Source: Selaginella moellendorffii (taxonomy: Eukaryota > Plantae > Lycopodiophyta). From it: a stretch of DNA of 64,000 nt. The stretch spans positions 1,371,524 through 1,435,523 of the forward strand of contig NW_003314267.1 in the NCBI RefSeq assembly GCF_000143415.4, in the 5' to 3' direction. This document shows positions 24,066 to 34,393 of this stretch, in pieces. Each line of letters opens with the position of its first letter. Within the stretch, counting starts at the first letter, position 1. The notes below the pieces were generated by a model. It saw only the letters and a program-made list of their open reading frames with translations. It did not search any database and had not been told where the DNA came from. A program made the position numbers and the translations under genes.

Positions 24066-25769
24066 GCTTTAGCTTGCGTACGAGAGTCTCCAGCAGGGCA
24101 TTGGTCTGTGCCAACTGTCCTTCTAGCACGTCCAATCGAGCCTTGGACGACCGAACCTCACCACCGGACTCCTGTTTGGAAGTTTCCTCACTGGAGTCCT
24201 CCTCATGCAAGGATTCCTCATCCATAGCCTCCTGTTCGACCGGAGGCTCCAGCTCTGGCGGAGGTTCCGTCTCCGCCTGGGTTCGCTTACGCCCTGCCCT
24301 TGCCATCTCCCAGCAATCCGCCTCTATCCTTCGCTAGAACTGAGGAAAAGGCTCCGATACCAAATTGTAAGCCACAAATTTTTCCTTTCCAATTTGCCAG
24401 CTTACCTCGTCTATCCGTCCAACACCGCCTTGGCTTTTGCTAAGTTCCCTTGCCAAGGTTCTCGCCTAGGGTACCAGCTCCTACTTGGTCTCAGCTACTC
24501 ACTGCACGAGCAACGGAGTGTTATCCATCCATCCACGGATTCCCAAATCACTCCCAATCCCCCTCCCTGGGTTAGACTGGACTTAAGGTTCGGCTACACT
24601 CCCCGCAAGCACAAGCAGCCAAGCACACCAAGCTTCCAGGTTCCTAACATCCCTTGGTACCACAAGACTTGATCATGGGACCCTCTAAATCCCAAGTCTT
24701 GAGTGCAACACTTGCTTCGGGACGCCGGGGCGAAACACCGTGGCCTAGCGGCCCGGTATAGGTACCTCTACCCCCCCACTTCCATCCCGAAGGAAGGCCC
24801 AAGCCCCTAGGAAGGGCAAGGACCAATGAGCCGCATGGTACTCAAGTGGGGCACCACTCCACATGAGCCGGGAGCACCGCAATCGGTTTCCCTTTTGGGA
24901 GTGGGAGCTGCTCTTGAGCACTTCCTTGGATGGCCCCTCCGGCACCAGCCAAGTCCATGCTCACTCCCACCCAAGGCCCCTTGGCCCCAGTCTCAACCTC
25001 AAGTCGGTTTGGAAGCCCAACTGGAGAGTCCCTTCAAAACTGGTTCATGGACCTCACTATCCCTACTATACTTTTGGAACCCCCTGCAGCCCCCCCCCCC
25101 CCTGGGAGACACACGCTTTGGGCTTTCACCCCTTGACCTGTATTAGTATTTAGACTTAGTCTCTGGCTCGATCTCGGACCCGATTTCGGATCCGACTTCG
25201 GATTCGGTCTCGGACTCGATCTCGGACTCGATCTCGGACCCGATCTCGGACCCGACCTGGGACTCGATCTCGGACTCGGTCTTGGACCCGATTTCGGATC
25301 TCGGACTCCGTCTCGAACTCGGTCTCGAACTCGAACTTGAACTCGGTCCCCGAGTCGGTCTCGGACTCGATTCCGGACTCTATCTCGAACTCGGTCCTAG
25401 AGTCGGTCTTGGACTCGATCTTCGACTTGGTCCCATCCGATGAACTCTTTGTCATTTTGGTCATGCTTTCGGGGTTCCTTTAGCCTACGACACCTCGGCG
25501 AGTTGGTTCCTTACGACATGCTATTGACACCCACGTGAAATTTCGCATTCACAAAATTGGCATGAGGCCTCATGCCATCTTGATATACACACAGCTGCAA
25601 GCAAGTAAAAACATACATGACAATACGCTAGCCATGAAATTGCAAGGGCCCAAGATGGCATGTGGCCTCATGCCATTTCTAAATGTGGTCCTAAGCCATT
25701 CCATGGTGAACATATCAGGAAGCACAAGTGCCGAATATCAAGAGGAAGCGGTAGCCACACCAAAGACAG

Positions 25770-25870
25770 TGCCGCTCGCAACACCGCAACTGCTCGTAGC
25801 GCTGCTCGCAACACCGCAACTGCTCGTAGCGCTGCTCGCAACACCGCAACTGCTCGTAGCGCCGCTCGCA
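25770..25870. repeat. 30-bp tandem repeat, about 3.3 copies
   Basis: gcYgctcgcaacaccgcaactgctcgtagc repeated. Confidence 0.9.
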
Positions 25871-26054
25871 CAAACTGCCACTCGCATAAACTGCCGCTCG
25901 CAATGGCACTCGCAATGCCGCAACCGCTCGTAGACGCATAAACCACAGCTCACAACGCCGCTTACACAAGCAGCGCTCACTGCGCTCAGCGGAACCAAGA
26001 ACACGGCGCACAAAAATGATAGACCTAGGAATGAGTTCGAGAATTCAAAAATAA

Positions 26055-28185
26055 CACACGCTTGAACGTCACATCAAATCCTCTGACAAACCAGATCTTA
26101 TGATTCCTCTGACAAATTTCAAACTGAGTAGCTTCTAGACTTTGCTGTCGGAGGTTGAACTTTGTCACATCATGTCCTTGCCTCGATCCAGCTGTGCCAT
26201 GTTAGTGATTCGAACTTTGCCATGCCATGTCAGCGATCCGCGCCAAGATTATTTGCCATGTAAAGGAATAATTATGCTGTGTGTATACGTCTATTTATGG
26301 CAATATAAGGCCATACGCCATTCAAAGAATAATGCTAGTCGAGCATTTTTTGGTGCATTTTTGGGTTCAAAATTGGATGAGCCCACACGCTATAAAGTTT
26401 ACCTGTACCAAAAATAGAAACAGCTTTATTTACTTGGGAATTTAAGTGGTTGAGGCATTTTTAAACTTACAAACACATGCCCTACTTACATTCCTTTGGT
26501 TGCTTAAAATTCAAAAATATTATAAACCTTTCTTTTTGCATTTTCAATGTTTTCAATTATGGTTTTTGATTTTCGCAGGACCAGCCTAGTAATCTATTTG
26601 CATCCCGTCATGTTTATAGCTAGCTTTCGTTTGTCCCCTTCGCTAGCCTGAGATACATCTGCTCGGCATCTGCCTCTTACAGCATTTGCCCAGAAAGGGC
26701 ATCTTTCTTCACGCAGCATTTGCCACATGTTTAGGGTTTAGGGTTTAGCAATTCAGTAGCTTGATAAACATGCAAATACAGAACTTGATGCAAAATCCTT
26801 TGATATGTCACAATGCCCCTAGGACCATAAACACATTTCAATAGAGAGGGTCCTTTCATTTCATAACTCCTTACGTAGATCTTGGTAAAACCAGAGTTAG
26901 TGAAGTTAGTTTCTTGTGATCCCACATCTGATTGTGATGTCCCTTTGCAGTGTCGATGGAAAGGTCAATGCACACCAAACTGTAAAATCTTGGAGCAAAA
27001 TAACGGTCGGATCTATGGCAAATGCCCCTGAAACATTGTAAGGCTCGTGTGATCTCATATGGTGTCCGATCGAGATGCTTCTTTGTAGGGTCATCAAGAA
27101 AGACATTGTATACCATTCTGTAAAATCTAGTTGCGATCTAACGGTTGGATCTCCAGAAAACTCAAAAAAATCTCGCGCGTATTAGAATATTCTAGGAATA
27201 TACTCCTATGTGCCCCTGAAAATGGCATGCGGTCCCATGCCATTCAAGAGATAACGCCAGATGACGCCGAGCATTTTTTGGGATCAAAATTGCATGAGCC
27301 CACACGCTTGAACATCACATCAAATCCTCTGACAAACCAGATCTTATAATTCCTCTGACAAATTTCAAACTGAGTAGCTTCTAGACTTTGCTGTGGGACG
27401 TTGAACTTTGTCACATCATATCCTTGCCTCGATCCAGCTGTGCCATGTCAATGATTCGAACTTTGCCATGCCACGTCAGCGATCCGCGCCAAGATTATTC
27501 GCCGTGTAACTGCTCGGCATCTGCCTCTTACAGCATTTGCCCAGAAAGGGCATCTTTCTTCACGCAGCATTTTCCACATATTTAGGGTTTAGGGTTTAGC
27601 AATTCAGTAGCTTGATAAACATGCAAATACAGAACTTGATGCAAAATCCTTTGATATGTCAGGACCATAAACACATTTCAATAGAGAGGGTCCTTTCATT
27701 TCATAAATTAAACTCCTTACGTAGATCTTGGTGAAACCAGAGTTAGTGAAGTTGGTTTCTTGTGATCCCGCATCTGATTGTGATGTCCCTTTGCAGTGTC
27801 AATGGAAAGGTCAATGCACACCAAACTGTAGAATCTTGGAGCAAAATAACGGTCGGATCTATGGCAAATGCCCCTGAAACATTGTAAGGCTCGTGTGGTC
27901 TCATGTGGTGTCCGATCGAGATGCTTCTTTGCAGGGTCATCAAGAAGGACATTGTATACCATTCTGTAAAATCTAGTTGCGATCTAACGGTTGGATCTCC
28001 AGGAAACTCAAAACAATCTCACGCGTGTCAGAATATTCTAGGAATATACTCCTATGTGCTCCTGAAAATGGCATGCGGCCCCACGCCATTCAAGAGATAA
28101 CGCCAGATGACGCCGAGCATTTTTTGGTGCATTTTTTGGGATCAAAATTGCATGAGCCCACATGCTTGAACGTCATCCTCTGACA
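26055..28185. repeat. Tandem duplication (~1.25 kb and ~0.85 kb units) between the divergent genes of S
   Basis: Units start cacacgcttgaac at ~26055 and ~27301. Each holds TTTAGGGTTTAGGGTTTAG (26730, 27581) and a palindrome copy; unit 2 lacks about 26260-26655. Confidence 0.85.
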
Positions 28186-29065
28186 ATTTATTTAGCTGAA
28201 CATCTGGCATTTTTGGAAATACAAGATGCTTTGGAATATCCAATCATGCATGGTATAAATATAGCGAGGGTATTAAATGATATCCCAATCATGATCTTTC
28301 TTTTGGATTTCGCGTGCATGCAGTCCGAGGAATGATGACGTTGCGGATTTCTTTTGGATTTCACGCATGCGCGCGCCGATCCAGAAATTAATGGTGGCGC
28401 CCAAGTCCGAGAAATGATGACGTGGCGGGATTACCAACCGTCGTGACATTTCGCGCGTGTGAGGTTAGGTTTTGCATTTTGCTTCGTACTCGCGCTCGCA
28501 CACTCGCGCTCGCATCGCGCTCCCACTTCTCTACAGGTTTCTCATGTGCATCGGCGTCCACTCGCGCTTGCATCACACTCGCGCTCGCATCGCGCTCGTG
28601 TGCATCGGCGTCCACTTCAAGACACACCCAATTTGTAACTTCGCCGCCAACTCCGCCGCCCACTCCGCCACCCACACGCAGCCCACTTGGCGTTCCGGGA
28701 GATTTCAGCGCCACTCTCCAACTGTAAGTGGCAGAGTAGCCTTGCTGCTACGATCCGCTGCACACACAGTGCACATTCGCCAGCGAGTCCGGCCTCGATT
28801 GTCACGCCTCCATTCGGCTTCAAATGGTAAGTCTTTTAGGCCAAGTAGAAAATGGCATGAGGCCACATGCCATTCAGTAGCAACATTGGCATGCACCGAT
28901 TGGGCTCTCGAGTGCAGTCCGGTTACAGATGGCGTGTAGCCTCACGCCATCTTAGGATGCAGCCTCAAGACATCTGATGCAGTGGTGAATGGCGTGTGGC
29001 CTCACGTTATTTCCAGCTGTTAGCTTTTCATCTGTCAGCTCTAATTGTTGTGCATTTCTGAACAG

Positions 29066-32000
29066 GCGAGGAATTGTGTTCTTCTTCCAGCCACTGTCAA
29101 TGTGGATGCAGAGAAGGGGGAGGAGCTCACCAGTTGGACTTTCGGGATGGAAGGCGAGGATCTGAGGCTGTACAACACAGATGGTGGGAGAAAAGAATGC
29201 ATGGGGATCCTCATCCAAGTGACAGACACTCCATGCAGTTCCATGCAAGAATATGGACTGGCACTTGTGGTAGAGACAGCGTCCGCCTTCAAGATCCACC
29301 TTGCACATCCTAGCGGCTTCCCGGAGGGGGGCAGCAGCTATGAGGAATTCCTAGAGGGAGCTAGGGAGAGGTTGTCCAGGAGGCCTAAAATTTCAAAGAC
29401 GCTGCGGGTCTATGAAGATCACATGGAATCCACGGACCTCACCTACGGCGACGTTCAAAAACTATATTCCAACATTGAGCCGTTGAGAGTGCCTCCAGTT
29501 CGCGAAGCGAAGGGGAAGGGGGTCGATCTAGAAACTACCCCGAAGCAGAAAAGGGTGGTCAAGCTCAAGCCGACGTCCTACTCTCCTGGTCCAAAAAAGA
29601 AGCTACTCGGTGATGCCATTGCCTCGGGTTCGAACACTACACCCACCAAAAAGAAGAGCCGCAAAGAGCAGAAAGAGCAAGAAGAGGTAGCAAAAATCGT
29701 CACAGATAATAGTACTTGTTACTATTCCAACAAAGTATATACAATCGACGTGAGCCGTATTGACATCCAAAGCAAATACAACCACAGGCTAGTATCTGAT
29801 GAGTGGGTGGAGAAAATGAAGCAGAAGATGCTGGCAAGTCCAGTAACACTCGACATCACAGACGTGATCCCCTACTACCGAACAATGAAAGGTGAGACGA
29901 GGTTTCCAGACTTGATCAATAGGAAGGTGTTGGATGATCAGAACATCCGGTTCTATGCCATCTCTGGGCAACATTCTAGCTTGGCGATGCAAGAGATAGT
30001 TGTGGATATTATGGTGGGCGAGGAGGTGAAGAAAGTTTTCAAGACAAGAGTTGTCAGCCTGATAAAAGGCAACTCGCCCCTCCGATCTATCATATCCATC
30101 TCCCACGCGCAGAATGTCAAGCAAGAAACGTGCTACAAATCGGGTCTGCACGAGACATTGGCACGAACACGGAAGCTCTGGGTTCAACTGAAGAAGCCAC
30201 AAAAACCAGGACAAGGACGTGCACTAGCAACTAGCGCCTGGCAGGTAAGCCTCGTTGCTGTGGCATAGCATGTGGCCTCACGCCATTTCCATTGCAGGAA
30301 TTCTCGAGTCTTCTCTCGAAAACACTAGGGGTCAATGACACACTCAGCATCCATAACATTCTACTCGCGACAAAAGTTGTTTTTGACAAATGGGTAGATG
30401 TGCTGAGGAGGTACCATGACGGGGAGTTGTTAAACTCAATGGGTGTGGAGGACGGGCGGAAGCCCAATGATTTGAAGCTCAACGCCTTGCGTTTCTCGCA
30501 GTCTCTAGACGACGACGACGTTCTGACAGTGGCTAATGCTCTTCTACGTGGTGAGGTAGTCTTCAACAAGACCAAAATGACTCCCGGCCATATTGTGATA
30601 TACGAGGACTTGTGCACAACTTTGAGAGCTCGTGCGCTATTGAAGGATTGGATCTTCGAGCAAGTGGCCGTGGAGAGGGTGAGCATCGACACCACGCAAG
30701 AGATGATGGAAGAGCTGGAGTTGTCAAATGAAGACATCGACGAGTACGTGAAGGGGGCCCCCAAGTTCATCGATCTGCTGCGGGATGCCACGAAAAGTAA
30801 AGCTGAGAAGTTGGATCAGTATCCAAATTTTATTAAGAGGGATGTCGACCGCTGGCTTCAGAAACAGCTCGACCCCGCAGCAGAGGCCTATCGAGAACCT
30901 TACCGGGTATACGTGAATTCGGATGAGGATCAAAGGTGGAGGAGCATCGTTTCCCGCGGAGATGAGCAGGTCAAGAACATCTTTTGTGTGATGGACTTCA
31001 CAAACGAGGAGATCACTCATGCAGACGAAGTCAGCTCCATCATTGACTTAATGGTGGGACTTGCGGAGGTGGAATCTTCAGTCCACTATATGATCTACGA
31101 CTCCGAATCCTATCACAAGTTCTAGAAGGCCTTGAACGAGGTGAAGGCTCGGTTGAAAGGCAAGGAGATGCAGGAGATCCATGGGATAATGGCTAAGAAG
31201 AAGATACCGACGAATGTCTACATCTTCACACTTGCCCTTGTTATTGGTCCTGCAGCAGAGTGGGACTGGAGTGACTTCCCAGCTTCGTTCGACAAGGCCG
31301 ATCGAATTGATCTGAGGGAGGTCAATTTACCCGTGCCTGAGGAACTAAAGACGGCTATGGAGCTTTCGAATCCAGAGAAAGCTCCAGATGCAGCATGGGA
31401 AATGCTCAGCTGGGTCTTCAACGCAATAGCGGGTGGGTCACCTGCTTCCGACTCCAAGGGCAAATGCGTTGTCGAGTACAACTGCGGCGGACTATTCTTT
31501 CGAGCCGCACTACTCAAGGGTGTCCCGTGTGTTGCGGTGACAAACTCCATTGAAGAGGTGACTTCAATGGAGCATATAATTACAGTTGCCAAAGAAAAAC
31601 AGTATCTTCTTTGCGAACCTGGTGAGTACGCACTTTAAGTTTAAATGTTATCTCACAAGCTCTGTATGCAGGAGCGTGGCCACCCCCAGATGCTGAAACG
31701 GCGTTAACAGCTATTGTTGAAGATACCCATGTTGGGCTGAGCTCACAACCTGCACAAGGTAAGGTCACGTGAGGCCTCACGCCATTTTGATTATAGATCG
31801 TTGTGAATATTCAGACACGAGGACTGAAAAGCGCACTGGTGGCGCGTCGAAGAAGGACAAACAGACAAGCAATAGGAAAAAAGGAGGTACAAATTATATT
31901 TGCAATGGCGTGTGGTCTCATGCCATTCCTTGCAGGAGACACTTCTTCAAAGGCAAAACAGGCAAGCACCAGCCAAGCTCAAACTGACAGTGGTCATAAA

Positions 32001-34393
32001 AAGCGAAAGCACGTTGGACAGTCGTCAGGATCAGAGGCGTTTGATTCGAAAAGGAAGAAGGGCAACGAAAAGATGATAGGTAATGCCTCGCGGTCACCAC
32101 CTCCTAACTCAGATTCCTATGGCGGACTCCCCTTCCCCAATCTCAATGGAGAGGTACAATGGATGAGGGATGCTTTTCAAGTCAGGGCCACGTTTTTCTC
32201 ATCTCATCGTCTTCGAAGGGTGCAAGAACGTGCAGAAACCATGTTAAGACAGTCGGGTGAGGATACGGTCCTAGGTCACACACTAAAACAGGCTATGGAT
32301 GTCTTGTATTTTGAGATGGAGACTCGGCTAGATGATTTTCCCAAGATGGTCCTGGAAGAACAAGCCATCCAGCCTGAGCAGCCTATGGAAGAAATGCAGG
32401 AGGGGGATGAGGAGCCAGAGAAAGATAATGAGTAGGAAGAGCAGAAGGACGAAGAGGAGGACAAAGAAAAGGAGGACGAAGAAGAGGAGGACGAAGAGGA
32501 CTTGGATGGTCCTCATAATGGTGACGATCACAATAACAACGACGACGATGATGATGACGATGGCCAGCCTGAGGTGGCCAAAGAGCAGTGGAGGAAGGTC
32601 ATACAAGACAAACCATCAGGTAAATAATAGTACATCCATTCCTAACCTTTTACCATTTCTAACATTGTCCATGTAGGTTGCATAGCAAATGGTAAGTAGA
32701 GATTATTCAGTTGAATTAAGATACAAACTCTAGCCTTTAGTGTCGAGGAAGGATAGTGCCAAGCAAGGGTCGAAACGTATGTCCAATCCTTCAGAATCAG
32801 CAGTGCGCCCAAGTGATATCGGTCCTAGTTCCTCAATAGTAGTTGATGGTAAATACAGTATAGTCGATTCAATGTGCTAATGAGTTTGTTTTTAGTAGCC
32901 AGTAGGGAGGATACCATCTCAATCGAAGGGAGATATTTGGACATGCATATGGATCCGCCAGTGGACTCTACTTGCCTGCAAGAGTCATCAGAGCTGGTGG
33001 AGGCTACTATCCATATCAACGCCAAGCAAGTTGACCACGCTCCACTTGATGCTGCCCATACCACTGAGTCAATCTTGTCCACGTATCCAACTGACGGTGA
33101 CCAAGCGCCATTGGACCCGCATGAGGCCGCCCCAGCTGCCGAGCCGGTCGTATCCTCATTTCCAACGGACTCAACGTGTGCCCAATCGTCTAACTACGCG
33201 CAGTTGGAACCTCCCTACACCGCCCCTGCTGCCTGTTCGGTCATGTCCACTTTGCCAACGGAGGCACCAGCTGAAATGGTGTGTGATCACACGCCATCGG
33301 AACCACCCCATGCCACTGTTGAGCCAGTTGTACCAGAGTCTACAGCTGAAATGGCATGTGCCCACACGCCATCGGATGCGATTGACCCCACATTGCAGAG
33401 GAGAGTATTTCTGCCCTTCACGTTTCCTTGACCAAAACCCTCTCAACGACCATCGGGAGCACCATTCGCTAATATTGTAGATGGTAAAATTGACTTGTAC
33501 CATTTTTTATGCTAACGCATTTCATTTCAGAGTCACGGCAAAGGTACTGTATCGTTTTTGATCTGAACGGTGTCCTTTTCTCCCATGAGCGTGGCTCGTC
33601 CTCGAATGTCACTGCACCCTCCAAAGCCTGCGATCGCAAGTTGGTCAAAAGAGACAGATTCACATTAATCACACGGGAGAAACTGCGGGATCTAATAATG
33701 ACCATGCGACACTTAAAACAGAGGGCCGGGTTCAATTTGCAATTGGGAGTTTGGACATCCATGATGCGCCACAATGCATTAACGTTGCTACAGATGATGC
33801 ACGATCAGACGCGAGTAATATTACCATTTGACTTTCTCCTAACGCAGGAGGATTGCTTGACTATGGTCCATGTGAGGGGTAGCAAGCCCATCTTCGTCAA
33901 GCCAGAGGCTGTAGTGATGAACCAGACTGCTAGGTCAAGTGAAATCCTCATCATCGATGACTCGCCGATTAAAACTGCAGCGAACACGCACACATATGCA
34001 GTGCACCCCATCTCTTGCAGTATGGAAACTAGGGAGAAGAAACCGTATGTTCTGGGGGACCTTGCAAAATGGCTTGGAGCGATGGTGATAGAGAACCGGC
34101 CAGTCCAGTAGGTGGCTGCAGAAATCAACCAAATGGCAGATGGAACGGTATATCAGAAGCCATTTGATCGGACAGACACCTGTCATCATTTATGGCATGT
34201 ATATTGTCTAGCCAAGCACTATCCGCATCTCCATAATCTGCTCAACCGGATGGGTTCTTCGACCACTGAACATGAGCGTGGACGTATTAGAGAAGAGATG
34301 GCATTACTATTGGGTTTAAATCCTGATAGTGTGGAGAGTGATGAAATTCCAAGATTATTGTATAGGCGTTGGAGGCAAAAAATAACAGTCTGA
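29066..34393 (+). pseudogene. Multi-exon cargo gene of S: ParB/Srx-like domain + degenerate beta-class N6A/N4C DNA-methyltransferase-like domain + acidic tract + FCP1/NIF-like HAD phosphatase (whether the HAD exon joins the same protein is unverified)
   Basis: ParB-like: TIDVSRID..NHRLVSDEWVEKMKQKM..FYAISGQHSSLAMQEI. MTase-like: IFCVMDFTN..NPEKAP..KGKCVVEYNCGGLFFRAALLKGVPCVAV. HAD: IVFDLNGVL..GVWTSMMRHN..LTQEDC..LIIDDSPIK. Frame-consistent introns 30245-30297, 31622-31671, 31759-31814, 31887-31935. Premature TAGs at 31123, 32433, 34109. Confidence 0.65.

Larger units (their letters stand above)
17917..24306 (-). pseudogene. gag-pol: gag-pol of chromovirus B (Gag-PR-RT-RH-INT-chromodomain) with stops, a frameshift, a solo-LTR insertion and introns in INT
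   Basis: NCGEAGHFSREC knuckle, [91 protein letters not shown]. Confidence 0.93.
16428..25515 (-). mobile_element. Full-length Ty3/gypsy chromovirus B
   Basis: LTRs 16428-17582 (3') and 24366-25515 (5'); TSD ACATG (16423-16427/25516-25520); tRNA-iMet PBS (rc ctccgataccaaat, ending 24365); PPT (rc actccaccaccc at 17583). Confidence 0.95.

Noticed and set aside
25668-26013. Cys-rich protein CEQRYEQLRC
   Set aside because: Product of a 30-bp tandem repeat open in several frames; the true frame and splicing cannot be determined.
26730-27599. Telomere or chromosome-fusion scar
   Set aside because: Only 2-3 repeat units, copied by a local duplication.
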